Below are positions 59,359 to 64,000 of a stretch of DNA of 64,000 nt, one piece after another (within the stretch, counting starts at the first letter, position 1; every line of letters starts with the position of its first letter). Source of the stretch: an uncultured delta proteobacterium (GTDB taxonomy: Bacteria; Desulfobacterota; Binatia; UBA9968); assembly GCA_963728565.1 (NCBI GenBank), contig CAVSLC010000013.1:32001-96000 (forward strand), written 5' to 3'. The notes below the pieces were generated by a model. That model saw only the letters and a list, made by a program, of their open reading frames with translations. It had not been told where the DNA came from and made no database searches. The translations under genes and the position numbers were made by a program.

Positions 59359-60507
59359 TTACGGGTTGTCAGCGTTAAGTCGAACCACTTCCAGTACAAT
59401 CTGAGCTGACAGATTAAGATCCTTGAGATCGAGCCATTCTTTCACCGTGTGGATCTCGCGCATACCGGTAGATAGATTTGCGACCTCCAAGCCTTTTTGA
59501 TTGAGTATATTGGCGTCACACCCGCCACCGGTGGCGAGAGTTTTTACGTCTACCCGCAAATTCTTGGCCGCGGCACGCACAAGCTGTACGATCGCAGCTC
59601 CGTCCGAAACATCCATGCGGTCATAATCTCGCTCGATTTTGGCGTCCACAGTGGCGGTGAATTGTGCTCCACCCACTTCCAATGTGTGACGGGCCGCAGC
59701 GTCTTGGAGGCAGCGTAGCATCTGTTCTGTTTGTCGTTCCAATTTCTCTTCGCTGTGACTACGCGCCTCCCCCTTTAAAATGACTGAGTTCGGCACGATG
59801 TTGACGGCCATGCCTCCCTCAATGACGCCAATGTTCGCGGTGGTTTCATGATCAATGCGCCCCAAGGACATCCGTGCGACACCGTCAGCAGCAACTTTGA
59901 TCGCGTTGACGCCTTTCTCCGGACAGACACCAGCATGTGCTTCAAGGCCGTGGACTCGGAATTCCATACGATTGGCGGCAGGGGCCTTGGTAAATAAAAA
60001 ACCTACCGAGTCGCTGTCGAGTACCAGTCCGGTACGGGCGCGAAGCCGGTTCACATCCAACCATTTGGCGCCGATTAGCCCGGCTTCCTCACAGATCGTG
60101 AAAACCACATCCACGTCGCTGCAGGGAAAGCGATTTTCTTTGACTACCCGTAGCACCTCACAGATGATCGCGACGCCGCTCTTGTCATCTCCGCCTAGAA
60201 CCGTGCGACCATCGGTTCGCAGAATATCCCCATCGAGAATCGGAACGATGCCTTCTCCCGGCACGACCGTGTCCATGTGAGCCGAGAGTAAGATAGGCAT
60301 TGCTTCTGGCGCCGTGCCCGTGAAGTGCGCGATGACGTTGCCGACATTCCCGCCGACTCTCTCGCCGGCATCGTCGATCGAAACCCGCGCCCCCAAATCC
60401 TCCATCTCGCGCTTGAGGCGCATCGCGACATCGTATTCCTTGCGCGACAGGCTGTCGATCTTGATCAATTCAATCAGGAGATTTTTAAGTCGTTCGGGAT
60501 TAATCAA
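59359..60507 (-). CDS. M20 family metallopeptidase (peptidase T-like)
   Basis: SAHMDTV, LGGDDKSG, EEAGL.G, GGCDAN and HT..E motifs. Confidence 0.9.
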   Translation of the reverse strand: MINPERLKNLLIELIKIDSLSRKEYDVAMRLKREMEDLGARVSIDDAGERVGGNVGNVIAHFTGTAPEAMPILLSAHMDTVVPGEGIVPILDGDILRTDGRTVLGGDDKSGVAIICEVLRVVKENRFPCSDVDVVFTICEEAGLIGAKWLDVNRLRARTGLVLDSDSVGFLFTKAPAANRMEFRVHGLEAHAGVCPEKGVNAIKVAADGVARMSLGRIDHETTANIGVIEGGMAVNIVPNSVILKGEARSHSEEKLERQTEQMLRCLQDAAARHTLEVGGAQFTATVDAKIERDYDRMDVSDGAAIVQLVRAAAKNLRVDVKTLATGGGCDANILNQKGLEVANLSTGMREIHTVKEWLDLKDLNLSAQIVLEVVRLNADNP

Positions 60508-60570
60508 AATTTACCTCGCTCTCATGTTTTGACCTCCAAAGATGGAACTCAATCTGCCACAGTACGCAAT

Positions 60571-61548
60571 TTATTTCCAAGAGAATAACGGCAGCTGCAC
60601 AGAGAGGGTTTGTTCCAGAGGAGGTTTTTGCGGCAGCGTGACGAGTCCGATGGCGCGTGTAAATTCATGACCATGATCGAGAAGCTTGACAAGATTGTTG
60701 AATTCCAGCTCTTCAAACAGCGATCTCAGTTTATCCCGACTGGGGCCTTTGAATCGCAGCTCTTGCAGATCGATCTGCATAGGCACGTTCTTCTTGATGG
60801 TGGCCAGACCCCGGCTGAGGAAAGCCGTCTCCTTGCTTTTTTGAAGAGCTTCTCGCAGACGCGCCACGCCACGAATATTGCTTTGTTGCAATTGCTCGAG
60901 ATTACCGTATAGATCTTCCAGATCACGAAATCGCTGCATCAGAGCGATCGCGGTTTTTTGTCCAACACCTTTCACACCGGGAATATTGTCGACAACATCA
61001 CCCATCAATCCCAAAATTTCGGGAACCCTCTCGGGCTCTACGCCGAATCTCGCCTTCACCTCGCGTGTGCCGATCCAGCGCTCCTTGACGCTATCAAATA
61101 GTGAGACTCTATCGGTGACCAGCTGCATCAAATCTTTATCGCTGGAGACCACAATCAAGGCACAGTCTTCATCACACAGTGTTGCGCACAGGGTTCCGAT
61201 GAGATCGTCAGCCTCATAATCCTGAAGTTCAAGAACGACGACGTTCATGGCATCGAGGACTCTGCGAATGTATGGAAGTTGCAGAACCAGATCCGGCGGA
61301 GCTTGGCGCCGATTGCTCTTATATTCGACGAACATCTGGTTGCGAAAAGTTTGGCGGCCGGCGTCGAGAGCCACTGCGAGATATTCAGGTTGATGACGCT
61401 TGAGGAGCTTCATCATAAAGCTTATGAATCCGTACGTGGCGTTGGTGGGAAAACCTGCGGAGTTAACCGCCGGTGGTAAGGCGAAAAACGCTCGATAAAT
61501 ATAAGAACTGCCGTCTATCAGAAATAGTCGGGGTACCCGACCAGGCAT
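60571..61548 (-). CDS. Stand-alone 5'-3' exonuclease / flap endonuclease (PolI N-terminal-like)
   Basis: LIDGSSYIYRAFFALP, YK.NR, EADD, SSDKD and LMGD..DNIPGVKGVG.KTA motifs; no polymerase domain. Confidence 0.9.
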   Translation of the reverse strand: MPGRVPRLFLIDGSSYIYRAFFALPPAVNSAGFPTNATYGFISFMMKLLKRHQPEYLAVALDAGRQTFRNQMFVEYKSNRRQAPPDLVLQLPYIRRVLDAMNVVVLELQDYEADDLIGTLCATLCDEDCALIVVSSDKDLMQLVTDRVSLFDSVKERWIGTREVKARFGVEPERVPEILGLMGDVVDNIPGVKGVGQKTAIALMQRFRDLEDLYGNLEQLQQSNIRGVARLREALQKSKETAFLSRGLATIKKNVPMQIDLQELRFKGPSRDKLRSLFEELEFNNLVKLLDHGHEFTRAIGLVTLPQKPPLEQTLSVQLPLFSWK

Positions 61549-61591
61549 AATTGATGCGCTTTCCGCGACGTCCAAACAAGAGGCGGCTGAA

Positions 61592-63004
61592 TCAATCCCG
61601 GCGCGAAATGGCGTGCGTGGCCGTGCCATAGAAGCCTTCCGCCGCCTCCATCAAGGTCTCCGAAAGGGTGGGGTGCGGATGGACCGAATCAGCGATATCC
61701 CTGGCTGTTGCGCCCATTTCAACTGCCAAAACACCTTCGCTTATCAACTCACCGGCTCCGACTCCAACAATCCCGACTCCGAGAATTCTTTCCGTTTCCG
61801 GCTCGACCAGCAGCTTGGTGAGACCATCGGGACGATCAAGAGTGAGTGCTCTCCCCGACGCTCCCCACGAAAATTTCGCCACGTTCACCTCGATGCCCCT
61901 GTCTTTAGCTTCGCTCTCTGTCAACCCGCACCAAGCAACTTCAGGATTAGTATAGACCACGGCTGGAATGATGACATCATCGAACGCGCTCGCATGTCCC
62001 AGTATTGACTCAACCGCAATCTTGGCCTCTTTGGACGCGCGGTGTGCCAGTAACGCGCCGCCATTGACATCGCCGATAGCGTAGATGTTTGGATCATCGG
62101 TTTGTTGTTGCGGATTACACTGAATGAACCCTTTGTCGTTTTTGGTGACTCGTGTGTTCTCAAGTCCAAGATCACTATAGTTGGGCGCTCGGCCGACGCT
62201 CACCAAGACGCGATCATAAAGCTCTTCGCGCTGTTCCTTATCCTTTTGCGTCGTCACTTTGATTTGTTTGCCTGCGGTGGCCATCTTCAAGACCTTGGTG
62301 TCGACGCGGATTTCTTTGAACGCCTTCTGGGCAATTCGAGTCACCGGGCGAACCAGATCGGGATCGACGCCGGTCAGAATAGAGGATAGGGCCTCAAGCA
62401 CGACAACATTGCTGCCAAGCGCGGCATAAACTGTTCCTAGTTCCATGCCGATGTAGCCGCCCCCGACAACCAGCAGATCGCGTGGAACATCTTCAATCTC
62501 CAAAGCCTCAGTCGATGTCATGATGCGCTTATTGCCCAAATCGAATGCAGAAGGCATGGCCGGCTTCGAGCCGACAGCGATGATAGCCTTCTCGTAACGA
62601 ATAAATTTCTGCCCTTCGGATGTTTCAACTCTTAGTGTTTGTGAATCCTCGAAATGCCCCCTGCCGTGGATCATTTGAACGCCGCGTTTTTGAGCGAGTC
62701 CCTTTATTCCTTGCCCTAACTTCTCCAAAATCGAATTCTTCCAACTGCGCAGTTGATCCAGATTGATCTGCGCAGTCCCGAATTCGATACCGCGAGCGGC
62801 TGACTCTTTGGCTTCCCGCAGGATTTCGGTGGCATGTAAAAGTGCCTTTGACGGAATGCATCCGACGTTTAGACAAATGCCGCCGAGCCGTGGGCTTTGT
62901 TCGACTAAGGTCACTTTTTTACCGTTGTCTGCCGCATAGAAGGCTGCCGTATAACCGCCAGGCCCGGCGCCGACAATTACGATTTCAGTGCTGATCGGTT
63001 CCAT
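61592..63004 (-). CDS. lpdA: Dihydrolipoamide dehydrogenase
   Basis: GAGPGGY, GGICLNVGCIPSK, GGGYIG.E and HPHPTLSE motifs. Confidence 0.96.
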   Translation of the reverse strand: MEPISTEIVIVGAGPGGYTAAFYAADNGKKVTLVEQSPRLGGICLNVGCIPSKALLHATEILREAKESAARGIEFGTAQINLDQLRSWKNSILEKLGQGIKGLAQKRGVQMIHGRGHFEDSQTLRVETSEGQKFIRYEKAIIAVGSKPAMPSAFDLGNKRIMTSTEALEIEDVPRDLLVVGGGYIGMELGTVYAALGSNVVVLEALSSILTGVDPDLVRPVTRIAQKAFKEIRVDTKVLKMATAGKQIKVTTQKDKEQREELYDRVLVSVGRAPNYSDLGLENTRVTKNDKGFIQCNPQQQTDDPNIYAIGDVNGGALLAHRASKEAKIAVESILGHASAFDDVIIPAVVYTNPEVAWCGLTESEAKDRGIEVNVAKFSWGASGRALTLDRPDGLTKLLVEPETERILGVGIVGVGAGELISEGVLAVEMGATARDIADSVHPHPTLSETLMEAAEGFYGTATHAISRRD

Positions 63005-63007
63005 AGT

Positions 63008-64000
63008 TCATTTATTTACTATTACGTCCGCTTCGTCGAACGATTGCAGTTCCATGATGACGTCTTTCAAAAAACGCACCGCATTGGCGCCATCGAGAAC
63101 GCGATGATCATAGGCCAAGCACAACGGCAGCATGTTTCTCACCGCTATCTTTCCATCGACGACAACCGGCTTATTCTGTCCCTGGCCGACACCGAGGATT
63201 GCCACCTGGGGCGCATAGATAATCGGTGTGAAGTGGCTTCCGCCGATACTCCCCTGATTGGAAATGGTAATGGTGCCGCCTTGCAGTTCCTCGAGCCCGA
63301 TCTTTCGCTCACGGGTTTTTTGGGTTAAATCCTGAAGTTCACGCGATAGTTGCAGCAAGTTTTTTTTGTCCACATCCCGCAGAACCGGGACAATCAATCC
63401 GGCATCGGTGTCCACAGCGATGCCGATATGACAATAATCTTTCAATATCAGTTCTCCGGTTGTTTCGTCGAGACTCGCGTTCGCCATAGGATGTTTTTTC
63501 AAAGCTCGCGCCAGTACCAAGAGAATGAAGGAAGTCAAAGTCAGACGGGCACCACTTTCTTCGTAAGCTGAGTTGTGTTTCTTGCGAAGCGAAAGGATTG
63601 CAGTAATATCTGCCTCGTCGAATTGATTTATTTTCGGAATAGTTGTCCAGGACTCCAACATGCGGCGGCTGACAGTTCGTCGTAAGGGAGATAACTTCTC
63701 TCGACGAACCGGACCCCACTTGGAAAAATCGATAACCTCCCTGGGAGCGGCGGGAGCGCTTTGGCCGGATCCCTGGGGCTGCTGGAGCTCCTGCAATTGC
63801 TGTATGTATGCTCGCACATCGGCCATGCGGATCCTTCCGCCGGCTTCACTGCCGCGAACTCTTGTCAGGTCAATGCCAAGCTCTTGGGCAATCTTCCGCA
63901 CAGAGGGGGGCGCCGGCGGCGCCATTCCGGCACTCGACTGGTAACGAAAAGTCTCGGCGGTTTTCTGCCCGGCCTCGGGTTCGGCAGCTGTTCGACTCGT
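63008..64000 (-). CDS. 2-oxo-acid dehydrogenase E2 acyltransferase (AceF-like), 5'-truncated
   Basis: Frame is open to the window end; PSVRKIA.ELGIDL..V.GS..GGRI and DHRVLDGA motifs. Confidence 0.92.
   Translation of the reverse strand, partial: TSRTAAEPEAGQKTAETFRYQSSAGMAPPAPPSVRKIAQELGIDLTRVRGSEAGGRIRMADVRAYIQQLQELQQPQGSGQSAPAAPREVIDFSKWGPVRREKLSPLRRTVSRRMLESWTTIPKINQFDEADITAILSLRKKHNSAYEESGARLTLTSFILLVLARALKKHPMANASLDETTGELILKDYCHIGIAVDTDAGLIVPVLRDVDKKNLLQLSRELQDLTQKTRERKIGLEELQGGTITISNQGSIGGSHFTPIIYAPQVAILGVGQGQNKPVVVDGKIAVRNMLPLCLAYDHRVLDGANAVRFLKDVIMELQSFDEADVIVNK

Noticed and set aside
259-63944. Many short antisense or alternate-frame ORFs in the track (e.g. 44394-44906, 33528-34091, 10944-11510)
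   Set aside because: They overlap well-supported genes and lack motifs; these are shadow ORFs expected at this GC content.
1-64000. tRNA (including selC), rRNA, CRISPR array, prophage or transposase
   Set aside because: No supporting pattern seen by eye. The Sec machinery would have to be elsewhere in the genome.

Overview
Gene-dense bacterial chromosomal segment. The gene content (NMT1-type binding protein, LLM oxidoreductase, ComDE-like pair, ccsA-hemACDB) suggests a deltaproteobacterium such as Ca. Binatia, but this is inference only. 1-16.2 kb is the 3' part of a long, single-strand glyco-modification operon. It encodes four GT4 glycosyltransferases, two HprK-related kinases, an NTP_transf_5-type nucleotidyltransferase, a sterol-desaturase-family enzyme, an AGE-family epimerase, a GT-C-like membrane protein and two degenerate-HD proteins, one of them fused to a gluconolactonase, and it is interrupted by a 230-bp MITE. 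An ExeA-like ATPase and a sugar epimerase follow. The rest is mostly housekeeping: a Dpp-type ABC transporter, heme synthesis, rpoH, coxG/M/S-like genes, a NEW3/ABC triad, trmL, dtd, lgt, aroE, prkA-yhbH-spoVR, an RfaH-like factor, a histidine kinase, an M20 peptidase, a 5'-3' exonuclease, lpdA and E2. The strongest hidden signal is two selenoprotein genes that the ORF track breaks at in-frame UGA codons, each followed by a SECIS-like hairpin: a CxxU GST (20972-21532, minus) and an exported, cysteine-free Sec-peroxiredoxin (31628-32179, minus). About nine apparent +1 insertions between 36.6 and 50.2 kb split otherwise intact genes and look like consensus sequencing errors. No rRNA, tRNA or CRISPR array was recognised. 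All calls come from motif recognition by eye; no searches were run.
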